Origin: Gemmatimonadota bacterium
GTDB taxonomy: Bacteria; Gemmatimonadota; Gemmatimonadetes; Gemmatimonadales; GWC2-71-9
Direction of reading: 5' to 3'
Length of the DNA: 64,000 nt
NCBI GenBank assembly: GCA_003222035.1
Contig: QHUS01000045.1
Coordinates: 2,615-66,614 of the forward strand
Made by a program: the position numbers and the translations under genes. The notes beneath the pieces were generated by a model. That model had not been told where the DNA came from. It saw only the letters and a list, made by a program, of their open reading frames with translations, and made no database searches. Below, piece by piece: positions 26,363 through 36,462 of the stretch (positions are counted from its first letter, which is position 1; each line of letters starts with the position of its first letter).

Positions 26363-27028
26363 ATGAAGGACCAATGGACTGATCGACTGTCGGAATATCT
26401 CGATGGCGAGCTTGCGGGATCCGAGCGGACCGCGCTCGAGGCGCACCTGGCTTCCTGCGGTAACTGCCGCGCGACGCTCGAGGAGCTGCGCCGCGTGGTG
26501 GGGCGCGCCCGCGCGCTCGACGACCGCCTGCCGACGGCCGACCTGTGGCCCGGGATCGCGGAGCACATCGGCGTCGTGAGCCTCGCGGCGCGACGTGCGC
26601 GCCGGCGTCTTTCGTTCACGGTGCCGCAGCTCGCGGCCGCTTCGGTTGCGCTGGCGCTGGTCTCTGGTGGAGCCGTCTGGCTGCTGGGCGGGCGGACTCA
26701 CGCCCCGACGGCCACGGCTGTCACGGAGCTGGGGCGCAGGCCTGCGCCGCTGATCAACGCATCCGCCTACCCGACGGACCCCCGCTACGCCGCGCAGGTC
26801 GCCGCTCTGGAGCGCGCCCTGCAGCGCGGCCGGAGCCAGCTCGACACGGCGACGGTCCGCATCATCGAAAAGAATCTGAAGATCATCGACCGGGCGATCC
26901 GCGATGCGCAGAGCGCGCTGGTGGCCGACCCCGGGAGCGCCTATCTGAACCTGCATCTCGCTCAAGAGATGCGACGGAAACTGGAGCTCCTGCGCGAGGC
27001 GGCGAATCTCGCCGGCGCGCGGAGCTAG
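26363..27028 (+). CDS. zf-HC2 anti-sigma factor
   Basis: LSEYLDGELAGSERTALEAHLASCGNCRATLEEL (H-x3-C-x2-C), a single TM segment, immediately downstream of the ECF sigma gene. Confidence 0.8.
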   Translation: MKDQWTDRLSEYLDGELAGSERTALEAHLASCGNCRATLEELRRVVGRARALDDRLPTADLWPGIAEHIGVVSLAARRARRRLSFTVPQLAAASVALALVSGGAVWLLGGRTHAPTATAVTELGRRPAPLINASAYPTDPRYAAQVAALERALQRGRSQLDTATVRIIEKNLKIIDRAIRDAQSALVADPGSAYLNLHLAQEMRRKLELLREAANLAGARS

Positions 27029-27044
27029 AGGAGGATCGAGGAGC

Positions 27045-27923
27045 ATGCTCACGACTCTGGCGACGCTCGCGACGTTCGCGCTCGCGCAACAAACCGACAC
27101 GACCGTTCCCGTGCGGACGGGCGCCCGCCTCGAGGTCAGCAACTTCGGCGGCGAGATCGCCGTCAAGACGTGGAGCCGGAACGCGGTCCGCGTGGTGGCC
27201 GACCATTCGAGCCGAGACCGCATCCTTGTCGATGCGCTCGACCAGGTCGTCCGCGTGAAGGCCGAAGGCGGCCGGCGCGGGCCGTCGCAAGTCGACTACG
27301 TCATCACGGTGCCGGCATGGATGGCCCTGAGCCTGTCGGGTGTCTACACCGACATCAAGGTGGACGGCGCCCAGAACGAAGTGCGGGCCGAGACGGTCCA
27401 GGGAGAGGTGTCGGTGGTGGGAGGATCGGGGAACGTGTCGCTCAAGTCGGTCCAGGGCAGCGTGACACTCGAGAAGGCGCGGGGCCGTATCGATCTGAAC
27501 ACGGTCAACGAAGAGATCCGGGCGACGGACATCTCGGGCGACATCGCCGTCGAAACCGTGAACGGGGACATCACGCTCACACAGATCGAATCCGCGAATA
27601 CCGAAGCCAATACGGTGAACGGCGACGTCAGCTACGATGGAACCATCAAGGACGGCGGCCGCTACCGCTTCACGACCCATGACGGAGACCTCCGTGTCTC
27701 GGTGCCCGAGAAGGCGAGCGTCACCGTTACCGTCTCGACGTTCGACGGCGATTTCAGCGCCTGCTTCCCCGTGCAGCTCAGCCGCAAAAGCAAGCACCGG
27801 TTCGACCTCACGATCGGCGCGGGGAGCGCCCGGGTCGAGCTCGAGTCGTTCAACGGCGATATCCACCTCTGTCGTCCGGGTCAGGTGATGAAGCCTGAGG
27901 GCGACCACAACCACGAGCACTAG
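27045..27923 (+). CDS. DUF4097-domain (putative adhesin-like beta-helix) protein
   Basis: Signal peptide. Repeated V(N/Q)G(D/E)(I/V) units (TVQGEVSV, SVQGSVTL, TVNGDITL, TVNGDVSY, FNGDIHL). Confidence 0.75.
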   Translation: MLTTLATLATFALAQQTDTTVPVRTGARLEVSNFGGEIAVKTWSRNAVRVVADHSSRDRILVDALDQVVRVKAEGGRRGPSQVDYVITVPAWMALSLSGVYTDIKVDGAQNEVRAETVQGEVSVVGGSGNVSLKSVQGSVTLEKARGRIDLNTVNEEIRATDISGDIAVETVNGDITLTQIESANTEANTVNGDVSYDGTIKDGGRYRFTTHDGDLRVSVPEKASVTVTVSTFDGDFSACFPVQLSRKSKHRFDLTIGAGSARVELESFNGDIHLCRPGQVMKPEGDHNHEH

Positions 27924-27934
27924 GAGGAAATGTG

Positions 27935-28717
27935 ATGCGGGTATGCACGGTCGCGTTGTTCATGGTCGGCGCGGTCGCGGTGGGGACTACGCGGCAGGCG
28001 GCCGCCCAGAATGAATTTCACTGGAAGGGCCCCGTAGCGGCGGGAAAGGCGATCGAGATCAAGGGCGTCAACGGCGACGTCCGGGCCATCGCCGGCTCCG
28101 GAGACGTCGAGGTGACCGCCGTGAAGCACGCGCGGCACAGCGACCCGGACGATGTGAAGATCGAGGTCGTGCAGGATGAAGACGGAGTGACCATCTGCGC
28201 GGTGTACCCGAGCGATGGGCGCCGCGAGAACCGGTGTGAGGCGGGTGAGGGCGGCCATATGGACGTGCGCGACAACGACGTGGTGGTTGACTTCACCGTG
28301 CGGGTCCCCGCCAGCGTGCGGTTCGTCGGGAAGACCGTGAATGGGGAGGTAGAGGCCGCGAATCTCGGGGGCGATGTCGACGCGAACACGGTGAACGGCA
28401 GCATCAGGATCTCGACAGCGGGTTACGCGGAAGCACAGACGGTGAACGGCGAGATCGTGGCGACGATGGGGCGGGCCACCTGGAGCGACGCGCTCGACTT
28501 CAGCACCGTGAACGGGGGGATCACCCTGACGCTGCCCGCGAACCTGTCGACCGAGGTGCGCGCCAGCACCGTCAACGGCGACATCGAGACGGATTTTCCC
28601 CTCATGGTCACCGGCCGCTTTGGACCGCGGCGCCTCAACGGCACGATCGGCAGCGGGGGACGGAGGCTGGCGCTCCAGACCGTGAACGGCAGCATCAGAC
28701 TGAGAAAGACCGCTTAG
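27935..28717 (+). CDS. DUF4097-domain protein (paralogue of the upstream gene)
   Basis: AGGAGG at 27922-27927. Signal peptide. Repeated VNG(D/E/S)(I/V) units (GVNGDVRA, TVNGEVEA, TVNGSIRI, TVNGEIVA, TVNGGITL, TVNGDIET, TVNGSIRL). Confidence 0.75.
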   Translation: MRVCTVALFMVGAVAVGTTRQAAAQNEFHWKGPVAAGKAIEIKGVNGDVRAIAGSGDVEVTAVKHARHSDPDDVKIEVVQDEDGVTICAVYPSDGRRENRCEAGEGGHMDVRDNDVVVDFTVRVPASVRFVGKTVNGEVEAANLGGDVDANTVNGSIRISTAGYAEAQTVNGEIVATMGRATWSDALDFSTVNGGITLTLPANLSTEVRASTVNGDIETDFPLMVTGRFGPRRLNGTIGSGGRRLALQTVNGSIRLRKTA

Positions 28718-28740
28718 GAACGGGATGCGGTGCGCGGGTA

Positions 28741-28770
28741 CGGGATGCGAGTCTGAAGGAGCGCATCCCG
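28741..28770 (+). terminator. hairpin downstream of the ECF/DUF4097 operon
   Basis: cgggatgcg-(12 nt)-cgcatcccg, a 9-bp stem 24 nt after the stop. No T-tract. ACGGGATGCG is also directly repeated at 28720. Confidence 0.35.
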
Positions 28771-28862
28771 CCTCCGCAACAATTCGGCCCTCCCCGCAAT
28801 ACCTCGGTACATAATTCCAGGCCTCGCCGCACCACCTTGGTCGTCTCCGAACCAGGGGTCCC

Positions 28863-31800
28863 GTGCTGCGAGACCTTCTCGCCCGCACCGAGCAGATCGA
28901 CGATCTTCGCCACCTTTTTGGGGCGCTCGGATTCCAAGTGGCGTGGGAGCCGGTACCGCCCGGGCCCTGGCTCGGTCCGGTGGAAGCCGAAGCGGCGGGG
29001 CTCGAGCGCGCGGCGCTGGTGGCGCGGCATGACGCGTTCCGCGTGTTCGCACTCGAGGCGCGCGACCCGGAGCGGGCAGCCCGCGCGGCGGCCCGGCGGC
29101 TGGCCGCACACGCCGAGCGGGGGCTGGCATGCGCGCTGGGCGTGGGTCCGCGGCGTCTCGTGTGCGCCACCTGGCGCCCGGCGGCGCGCGGACCCGTCGC
29201 GCGCGTCGCCACCGTCGCCCTGGACCAGCCGTCTGGCAGTTCGCTCGCGACCCTGGAGCGGCTCAGTCCCGTCGCGGGGGAGACGTCGCTCGCGCTGAGC
29301 CTGCGGGTGGGCGAGGCGCTCGCCAGCGAAGGAGTCACCCCACGGTTCTTCAAGGCGTTCCGGGTCACGCTCGAGCGCCTCACCGATCGCCTTCCGGCCC
29401 CCCGCAGCCGCACCGAGCGTCACGCCCTGGCGCTCACTGCCCTCACCCGAGTGTTGTTCCTGTACTTCGTCCAGGCGAAGGGCTGGCTGGACGGAGACCG
29501 GCGTTACCTCATCCATCGTTTCGACGAGAGCGCGACCGCCCGCCGCCACTTCCATCGCCATGTGTTCGATCCGCTGTGCTTCGGTGCCCTCAATCGGCCG
29601 GTCGGAGAGCGCTCCGGCGCGGCATGCGCCCTGGGCAATCTGCCGTTTCTGAACGGCGGTCTGTTCGAGCCGACCGGCCTCGAGCGACGCCACGGGCCCG
29701 CCCGGTGGTCCAACGCCGACTGGCGTGATGCCTTCGACGATCTGTTCGAGCGCTTCCACTTCTCGGCGCGGGAGAGCGAGGACGGCGCGACGGTCGCGCC
29801 CGACATGCTGGGCCGCGTCTTCGAGGGCGTGATGGACCCGATAGAGCGCCGCGCCAGCGGCAGCTATTACACGCCGGCGGCGCTGGTGCGGGAGATCGTG
29901 CGTTCCGGCCTTGCGGGGGCGCTCGTGCATCGGTTCGGCCTCGCTCCGCGAACCGCCGAACGCTGGCTGCATGACGGAACGCCCCCCGACGGCACGGCGA
30001 CGCGCCCCGACCTGCGGCGACTGACCGTTATGGACCCGGCCGTCGGTTCGGGAGCGTTCCTGCTCGGTGCACTCGAGGAGCTGACCCGGCTGCGCTGCTC
30101 CGCGGGTGAAGGGCCCGCCGCGGGCGTGCGCCGGGACGTGGTGGCGCACTCGCTCTTCGGAGTGGACCTGAAGCTCACGGCAGTCCGGCTCGCCGAGTTG
30201 CGCCTGTGGCTCGCGCTCGTCCAGGACCAGGACGAAACAGACCTCAGCCGGATCGCACCCCTGCCGAACCTCGATGGGCACGTGCGTCAGGGGGATGCCC
30301 TGCTCGATCCGCTCACCCTCGCCCGCGCGCTCGGCGGCGTGCCCATGCTGTGTCCGGACACTCCGTCACGGGAGGTCGAGCGGCTCGCCATGGCCCGGCG
30401 CACGCTCTTCAATCTCGCCGGCCCCGCCAAGCGGCGAGCCTCGGACGAGCTGGTGCGAGCGGAGGCGGCGCTCGCGCGTCGACTGCTCGCGGCTGGCGTC
30501 GCGGTGCTCGAGCGGCGCGCGGGGGAGCTGGTGAATGCGGGCAAGGATCGCGACCTGTTCGGACGACGCCGCGGCCTGCGCCCGGACGAGCGCGCCCTCT
30601 TGCGCCGGCTGCGGGCCGGCCGCCGCGACCTGCGCGCGGCGGCGCGGCGCCTCGCGGACCAGGGCGAGGCGCCGTTCTTTGCGTTCGAGTCCCATTTCGC
30701 CGACATCCTGGCACGCGGCGGGTTCGATCTGGTGGTGGGGAATCCTCCATGGGTGCGAGGCGAGCGGGTGCCCGCCCAGGTGCGCGAGACGCTGGAAACG
30801 CGCTATACGACGTGGCGACCGGCCCACGAACGCGGGTTCGCCCATCTGCCCGACCTCGCGGTGGCGTTCGTCGAGCGGGCGCTCGAACTCGCGGCGCCGG
30901 GCGGAACGGCGGCGTTGCTGGTGCCCGCGAAGCTCGCGTCGAGCGGGTACGCCGAGCCGCTGCGACGCCGGCTCACGGAGAGCACCTGTCTCGAGTGCGT
31001 GGCACCGCTCGCGGCCGCGAGTGCCTTCGGCGCCGCGGTCTACCCCATGGCGATCGTGGCGACGCGAATCGAGCCAACCGGACGGGAGCGCGTGGCTACC
31101 GCCCTCGGCCCGAAGAGCACGACCCCCGCGATCCCGCAGCGCGCGCTCGCCGGAAGCGGTCCGTGGATCCTGGCCCACGATGCGACGCGCATCGCCCGCC
31201 ACCTCCAAACCTCCTGCCCTACCGTCGGCGATCGCTGGGCGACGCAACTCGGCGTCAAGACCGGGGCGGATGATGTATTCCTGGTAGCGCAGCCTGGCCC
31301 GGTGACCCGGCCTTGCGTGCGCGGGCGGGACCTGCGGCCGTGGGTGGCGACGCCCCGCATGCATGTGCTGTGGCCACACGGCGCCGACGGTCGACCGCTC
31401 GCCCGACTCCCGGCCGAGCTGGCCCGCGCCCTCGAGCCGCACATCGCGCGGCTTCGTCGCCGCAGCGATTATCACGGCGGACCGGCGTGGCAGCTGTTCC
31501 GCACAGCCCTCGCCGCTGCGCCGCACCGCGTGATCTGGCCGGACCTCGCCCGGCGACTCGCGGCGGTGGTTCCCGACGCAGAACTGGTTCCCTTGAACAC
31601 TGCATATGGGATCGCGACGCGTACTCGGGAGGATGCCGACGCGCTCGCGGCCCTCTTCAACTCGCGCTGGCTCACCGCGCTCGCGCGTCTCCGCGCCGAC
31701 CCGGCGCGCGGCGGGTTCCGGCGGTTCAACGCGCGCGTCGTCCGGGGACTGCCGCTGCCGCCCGCGGACGCGGCGGCGTGGCGGGCGCTGGCGGACCAGG

Positions 31801-31901
31801 GACGACGCAATATGGCCGACGACGACGCGATCGCGAACCTGTATCAGCTCGATGCCGCGGACCGCCGTGCATTGGACGCATCAACCGCGGATCCTCTCTG
31901 A
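28863..31901 (+). CDS. large gamma-class N6-adenine DNA methyltransferase (Eco57I/type IIG/PglX/DrmMI-like) with a TaqI_C-like specificity domain
   Basis: [32 protein letters not shown] motif [16 protein letters not shown], motif [14 protein letters not shown]-terminal [12 protein letters not shown]. 1012 aa. No clear nuclease motif in the N-terminal 200 aa. Confidence 0.85.
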   Translation: MLRDLLARTEQIDDLRHLFGALGFQVAWEPVPPGPWLGPVEAEAAGLERAALVARHDAFRVFALEARDPERAARAAARRLAAHAERGLACALGVGPRRLVCATWRPAARGPVARVATVALDQPSGSSLATLERLSPVAGETSLALSLRVGEALASEGVTPRFFKAFRVTLERLTDRLPAPRSRTERHALALTALTRVLFLYFVQAKGWLDGDRRYLIHRFDESATARRHFHRHVFDPLCFGALNRPVGERSGAACALGNLPFLNGGLFEPTGLERRHGPARWSNADWRDAFDDLFERFHFSARESEDGATVAPDMLGRVFEGVMDPIERRASGSYYTPAALVREIVRSGLAGALVHRFGLAPRTAERWLHDGTPPDGTATRPDLRRLTVMDPAVGSGAFLLGALEELTRLRCSAGEGPAAGVRRDVVAHSLFGVDLKLTAVRLAELRLWLALVQDQDETDLSRIAPLPNLDGHVRQGDALLDPLTLARALGGVPMLCPDTPSREVERLAMARRTLFNLAGPAKRRASDELVRAEAALARRLLAAGVAVLERRAGELVNAGKDRDLFGRRRGLRPDERALLRRLRAGRRDLRAAARRLADQGEAPFFAFESHFADILARGGFDLVVGNPPWVRGERVPAQVRETLETRYTTWRPAHERGFAHLPDLAVAFVERALELAAPGGTAALLVPAKLASSGYAEPLRRRLTESTCLECVAPLAAASAFGAAVYPMAIVATRIEPTGRERVATALGPKSTTPAIPQRALAGSGPWILAHDATRIARHLQTSCPTVGDRWATQLGVKTGADDVFLVAQPGPVTRPCVRGRDLRPWVATPRMHVLWPHGADGRPLARLPAELARALEPHIARLRRRSDYHGGPAWQLFRTALAAAPHRVIWPDLARRLAAVVPDAELVPLNTAYGIATRTREDADALAALFNSRWLTALARLRADPARGGFRRFNARVVRGLPLPPADAAAWRALADQGRRNMADDDAIANLYQLDAADRRALDASTADPL

Positions 31902-34167
31902 GCACCTCGCGCCGCTCCCGGAGCCGCTCGCGTGCCTCCTCACGCCAACGGCGATCGAGGAAACCTCGCCGGCCGCGGTCGCCGCACTCGGGGCGCGGGC
32001 GCTGCTCGACTGGCCACCGCAGCCAGCCGCGTCGAGGCCCACGTGGCCGCGATGGCTCGCGCCACATCAGGTCCCCGCCGCGGAGCGGCTCGCGGGCATC
32101 CTCACTCGCTACAACGGCGCGCTGCTCGCCGACGCCGTGGGCTTGGGCAAGTCGTACGTCGCGCTCGCAGTCGCCCTCGCGTTCGGTGAACCCTTCGCTC
32201 TCGTGGTGCCAGCCGTCCTGGTTCACCAGTGGCGTGCCTTGCTCACGCAGCACGGTGTCAGCGCCCCTATCATCACCCACGAATCGCTTAGCCCGGCCCC
32301 TTGCCGCCCATTGCCGACTGGTGCCGCCCTCTGCCGCCTTGTCGTCGTGGACGAAGCCCACCGCTTCCGGAATCCCGACACCAACCGGTACCGCGCCATC
32401 GCGAAGCTGGTCGTAGGACGACGCGTTCTGCTGGTCACTGCCACGCCGGTTCACAACCGGATGGCGGACCTGTTCCACCTGTTTCGGCTCTTCCTCCGCG
32501 ACCACGATCTCACGGCGCTCGGTGTGCCCTCTCTGTGGCGCGCTGCAGGGGCGGGGGCGGATGCGGATGGAAACGCCGTGATAGCTGCGGCAGCCCGGCT
32601 GTGCGTCGCGCGCTCGCGCGAGCGCGTACGGACCGACTACCCTGCGGTGCCGGCAATGGGCGCGTTCCCCAAACGCATGGCTGGGGAGGTGCTGCGGGTC
32701 GGTACGGCCCCTGCGGCGCGACTCTGCGAGCTCGTCACCGCGATCGGCCGGCTCGATGCGGGAGGCGAGGCCGCGGGCTTGTTCCGGTTGCTCCTCTTGT
32801 CGCAGCTCGCCTCCAGCCTGCCAGCGTTCCGGGCGAGCCTCGGCCGGTACGAGGCATTCCTCGACCTGAGCACGGCCGCCGCCACGGAGGGACGGTCACT
32901 CCAACGCAAAGACTTCCGGCGGCTGTTCCCCGCGGGATCGGACGACCTGCAGCTCGCGTTCTTTCCTCTGGTGCTGCCCACCGGACCCGGCGCCGTGGCC
33001 GCGCGGGACCGGGAGCTCGTGCGCCGGCTGTGCGCGCTGGCGGCCTCTCCCCTGGATCCCAAGGCCGACGTGCTCGTCGGGCTGCTCGCACGCCGGACGG
33101 GCAAGACGATCGTCTTCGCGCAACCCAGGGCAACAGTCCGTCACTTGGTCGGGCGACTCCATGGCCTCCGTGTGGTCGCGATCACCGGGGAGCGCGGCTG
33201 GTTCGGGACGACTCCCGCCGGGCGCGATGAGGTGCTCCGCGCCTTCGCGCCGCGCGCGCAGGGCGCATCCCTGCCTGCCCCCGCTCTTCAAGCCGACATC
33301 CTCGTGACGACCGATCTCCTGAGCGAGGGTCTGAATCTCCAGGACGCCGTGCGCGTGATCCACTACGATCTGCCCTGGAGTCCGGCGCGGCTCGCCCAGC
33401 GTGTGGGCCGGATCGATCGCGCCGGGTCGCCCCACTCGCACATCGAGACCGTGACGTTTCTACCGCCGGGCCCGCTCGCCGATGCCCTCGCGCTGGAGCG
33501 CCGCCTGATCGCGAAACGACGCCTGCAAACGCGCGCCGGCGCTGGGCCGGGCGGGTTCGACTGGTGCGATCGTCTGTACCATCTCGCTGCCGAGGGGGCG
33601 CCGCCCGCCGCGGTGGGGACCTGTGCCGCCGTCGCGACCGGATCGGAAGCCGCCGTCGTCCTCATCGTGCGGATCGGCGAGCGGGTGGAGAGCGTGGTCG
33701 TCACGGAAACGGGCGTTCACGCGGATCCAGCCCGGGCCACGGGGCTGCTGGAGCGAGCGGGCCACGCAACTCCAGTCCCCTGCGACCGCGCGACGCTGGA
33801 CCAGGCCATTCGGCGGGCGGCACCGCTCCTCCGGAGCCGGCTCGCGTCCCTCGAGGAGTGCCGCTGGCGCGGGGGCCATCGCGACCGCCTCAGCCGCCGG
33901 CTCATCCCGTGGGTTCTCGTGGCTGCGCGCCGCGCCGCCAGGCAGCGCCGTCACGTCGAGCTCGACCGCCTTGACGCGCTGGTGTCGCGCCTGGCGCTCG
34001 GGATGACGGCGGGAGAAGAGCTGGAGCTCGAGGAGCTCGTCACGCGCGCGGCGCCGCTCGCGGTGCGCGAGGTGCTGGCGTGGCACGAACGCCTGCCGCC
34101 GCTCGCGCCCGATTCCGCGGCGCCACACCTGGAGCTCGTGGCGGCCCTGATCGTCGAGACCGCGTGA
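31852..34167 (+). CDS. SNF2-family helicase/translocase
   Basis: Motif [10 protein letters not shown], motif [13 protein letters not shown], motif [13 protein letters not shown], helicase-C [12 protein letters not shown]...[24 protein letters not shown]. The only in-frame starts (ATG 31852, GTG 31867) lie inside the 3' end of the methyltransferase gene. Confidence 0.85.
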   Translation: MPRTAVHWTHQPRILSEHLAPLPEPLACLLTPTAIEETSPAAVAALGARALLDWPPQPAASRPTWPRWLAPHQVPAAERLAGILTRYNGALLADAVGLGKSYVALAVALAFGEPFALVVPAVLVHQWRALLTQHGVSAPIITHESLSPAPCRPLPTGAALCRLVVVDEAHRFRNPDTNRYRAIAKLVVGRRVLLVTATPVHNRMADLFHLFRLFLRDHDLTALGVPSLWRAAGAGADADGNAVIAAAARLCVARSRERVRTDYPAVPAMGAFPKRMAGEVLRVGTAPAARLCELVTAIGRLDAGGEAAGLFRLLLLSQLASSLPAFRASLGRYEAFLDLSTAAATEGRSLQRKDFRRLFPAGSDDLQLAFFPLVLPTGPGAVAARDRELVRRLCALAASPLDPKADVLVGLLARRTGKTIVFAQPRATVRHLVGRLHGLRVVAITGERGWFGTTPAGRDEVLRAFAPRAQGASLPAPALQADILVTTDLLSEGLNLQDAVRVIHYDLPWSPARLAQRVGRIDRAGSPHSHIETVTFLPPGPLADALALERRLIAKRRLQTRAGAGPGGFDWCDRLYHLAAEGAPPAAVGTCAAVATGSEAAVVLIVRIGERVESVVVTETGVHADPARATGLLERAGHATPVPCDRATLDQAIRRAAPLLRSRLASLEECRWRGGHRDRLSRRLIPWVLVAARRAARQRRHVELDRLDALVSRLALGMTAGEELELEELVTRAAPLAVREVLAWHERLPPLAPDSAAPHLELVAALIVETA

Positions 34168-34168
34168 G

Positions 34169-35755
34169 TCACTCCGCGCCGAGCAGCAGCTCTTCCAGGT
34201 CGATCTCGCGCTGTACCCGTCGCATGACGGCGTCGCTGATCGCTCCCCGGTCACGCAGCCGGATCAACGCGCGTCGCTCCACGATCAGGAGCTCCAACAG
34301 AAGGCGTCGGTCGGCGGTGGAGATCGTTTCTTCGCCGCTGTTCACGACACCGTCGGCCTGGCCACGCAGCCGGCGGGTGCGGTGGCGATAGCGATCCTCC
34401 GTGTGAGCGAGCGTCTCCGGGTGCAGCCACTGCTCTTGGGAGAGCTCGTGCAGGCGCGCGAGCGCCGCTTCCGATACCTCGAGGCGCGCCGCGATCTCCT
34501 CGCGCCGCTCGTCCACTCCAGTTTCTCGAACGCCGAGCCAACGCGCGAGCGGCGCGAGCGTGAATCCTTGTCCCAGCAGGGTCACCAGAATCACAGCGAA
34601 CGTGATGGCGATGATCGCGTCACGGCCGGGGAACGGCACGCCCGCCGCGGTGGTCGTGGGAATGGCGGCGGCGAGAACCAGGGATTCCGCGCCCCGCAGG
34701 CCGGCCCAGGCCACGATCGTCGGATACTGCCACGGCGGGTACGGATCGCGTGCGCGCACGCGCCTGCTCAGGAGTCGCGGGAGGTAGGTCGCGGGATAGA
34801 CCCAGACGAAGCGAGCGACTATGACGGCGAGGCAGACCAGGACGGCGCCGCCCGCGAGTACGAAAGCGCCCGACCCGCTCAGGCTGCCGACGATTGGTCG
34901 CAGCCCGAGACCGGTCAGAATGAAGATCAACCCCTCTATCATGAAGACCACGACGTCCCACACGCCCGTGCTCTGGACGCGGGTGTCGGCGGCGATGATG
35001 CGCGGGCCGACACGACCGAGGTAGAGCCCGGTAGCGACCACGGCCAGAATTCCCGATACGCCGAGGTGTTCCGCGGGGAGATAGGCCGCGTAACCCGTGA
35101 GGAGGGAAATCGTGTTCTCGACTTCGGGGTCGTGGATGCGGCGCCGCACGACGGCGAGCACCCGCCCCACGGCGAGCCCGACGACGATTCCTCCCGCGCC
35201 CACCAGCAGAAAACGACCGCTCGCCACGACGAGCGAGAACGAGCCGGTGACCACCGCCGCGACCGCCATGCGATATGCCACGATGGATGCGGCGTCGTTG
35301 ATCATGCTCTCGCCCTCGAGGACGGTCACCAGACGCCGCGGTAGGGAGAGGCGACGGAGAAACGCTGTGGCCGCGGCGACGTCGGGCGGCGACACGACGG
35401 CGCCGAGGGCGAACGCCGCGCCCCAGGGCAATCCCGGCACCACGAGGTGCGCCACCCACGCCACGACTACCGTCGCGAACAGGACGTGGCCCACGCCCAG
35501 CAGGAGGATCGGGCGCAGGTTTGCGCGCACGTCGCGATACGACGCGAGCAGCGAGGCGCGGTACAACAACGGCGGGATGAAGACCAGAAACACGAGCTGT
35601 GGGTCGAACTGAATCGTGGGCAGGCCCGGGAGCAGCGCCGCGAGCAGCCCGCCGACGAGAAGCATCGCGGGCGCGGGCACCGCCAGGCGCCGCGCGGTCA
35701 GCGCCAGGAGGGCGACACCCACGAGCAAGGTGAGGACGGTCTCGAAATGATGCAT
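34169..35755 (-). CDS. Na+/H+ antiporter (CPA1/NhaP type)
   Basis: 528 aa, multi-TM. VSPPDVAAATA and LEGESMINDAASIV motifs, cytoplasmic C-terminal tail. Confidence 0.85.
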   Translation of the reverse strand: MHHFETVLTLLVGVALLALTARRLAVPAPAMLLVGGLLAALLPGLPTIQFDPQLVFLVFIPPLLYRASLLASYRDVRANLRPILLLGVGHVLFATVVVAWVAHLVVPGLPWGAAFALGAVVSPPDVAAATAFLRRLSLPRRLVTVLEGESMINDAASIVAYRMAVAAVVTGSFSLVVASGRFLLVGAGGIVVGLAVGRVLAVVRRRIHDPEVENTISLLTGYAAYLPAEHLGVSGILAVVATGLYLGRVGPRIIAADTRVQSTGVWDVVVFMIEGLIFILTGLGLRPIVGSLSGSGAFVLAGGAVLVCLAVIVARFVWVYPATYLPRLLSRRVRARDPYPPWQYPTIVAWAGLRGAESLVLAAAIPTTTAAGVPFPGRDAIIAITFAVILVTLLGQGFTLAPLARWLGVRETGVDERREEIAARLEVSEAALARLHELSQEQWLHPETLAHTEDRYRHRTRRLRGQADGVVNSGEETISTADRRLLLELLIVERRALIRLRDRGAISDAVMRRVQREIDLEELLLGAE

Positions 35756-35787
35756 CGCGTTTGACCTTCACTAAGCTACCTTCCGGC

Positions 35788-36441
35788 GTGCCGCTCTCCA
35801 CTTTCCTGTTCGATCTCGACGGCACTCGCATCGACTCCGTCGACCTGATCCTGCGCTCGTACCGCCACACGATGCGGCGGCATCGCGGGCACGAGCCATC
35901 GGACGACGTCTGGATGCGGGGACTGGGCACTCCGCTGTGGGTGCAATTCCGCCAGTTCAGCGACGACCCCGCCGAGATCGAGGCGATGGTCGCCACATAC
36001 CGGGAGTACAACCTCGCGCATCACGACGAGATGGTGCGGCCGTACCAGGGCGTGGTCGAGGCCGTGCGCTCCCTGCACCGAGGGGCAAACGTGCTGGGCC
36101 TGGTGACGAGCAAGATGCGGAGCGGTGCGGTGCGTGGGTTACGGATCGCCGGGCTCGAGGACGCGTTCGACGTCATCGTCGGCTCCGACGAAGTCACCCA
36201 TCCCAAGCCTCACCCGGAGCCGGTCCTCATCGCGCTGGAGCGGCTGGGGGCCCCGCCCGAGAGCGCCGTGTTCATCGGCGACTCACGGCACGACCTCGAA
36301 TGCGGCCGCGCCGCCGGCGTCAAAACCGCAGCGGTCCTGTGGGGACCCTTCGACCGCGCTCACCTCGCGGACCTGGAGCCCGATTACTGGCTGGAACGCC
36401 CGGCGGACCTCAGTTTACTGGCACGGTCCCCTGACACCTAG
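35788..36441 (+). CDS. HAD-superfamily phosphatase (phosphoglycolate phosphatase/PpaX-like)
   Basis: Motif I FLFDLDGTRIDS, motif II LVTSK, motif IV FIGDSRHD. GTG 35788 is preferred over TTG 35761, which lies only 5 nt from the divergent antiporter start. Confidence 0.8.
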   Translation: MPLSTFLFDLDGTRIDSVDLILRSYRHTMRRHRGHEPSDDVWMRGLGTPLWVQFRQFSDDPAEIEAMVATYREYNLAHHDEMVRPYQGVVEAVRSLHRGANVLGLVTSKMRSGAVRGLRIAGLEDAFDVIVGSDEVTHPKPHPEPVLIALERLGAPPESAVFIGDSRHDLECGRAAGVKTAAVLWGPFDRAHLADLEPDYWLERPADLSLLARSPDT

Positions 36442-36454
36442 CACCTAACACCTG
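36434..36454. repeat. heptamer array (CACCTAN) x3 spanning the HAD stop codon
   Basis: acaccta gcaccta acacctg. The TAG stop at 36439-36441 lies inside the array, and the last unit runs into the GGAGG ahead of the aminotransferase TTG start. Confidence 0.7.
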
Positions 36455-36462
36455 GAGGTTCA

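Noticed and set aside
28695-30281. 528-aa minus-strand ORF overlapping the methyltransferase gene
   Set aside because: It is antisense to a gene with clear MTase motifs. The composition is low-complexity R/A/G-rich with no motif, so it is a GC artefact. The same reasoning applies to 30366-31526, 47846-49258, 98-1144, 4027-5358, 16134-17369, 24330-25316, 36460-37749 and similar ORFs.
28863-34167. Treating the MTase/SNF2 locus as part of a mobile genomic island
   Set aside because: There is no integrase, transposase, tRNA or flanking direct repeat, and no obvious compositional shift by eye relative to the neighbouring genes. I cannot support horizontal-transfer claims from this window.
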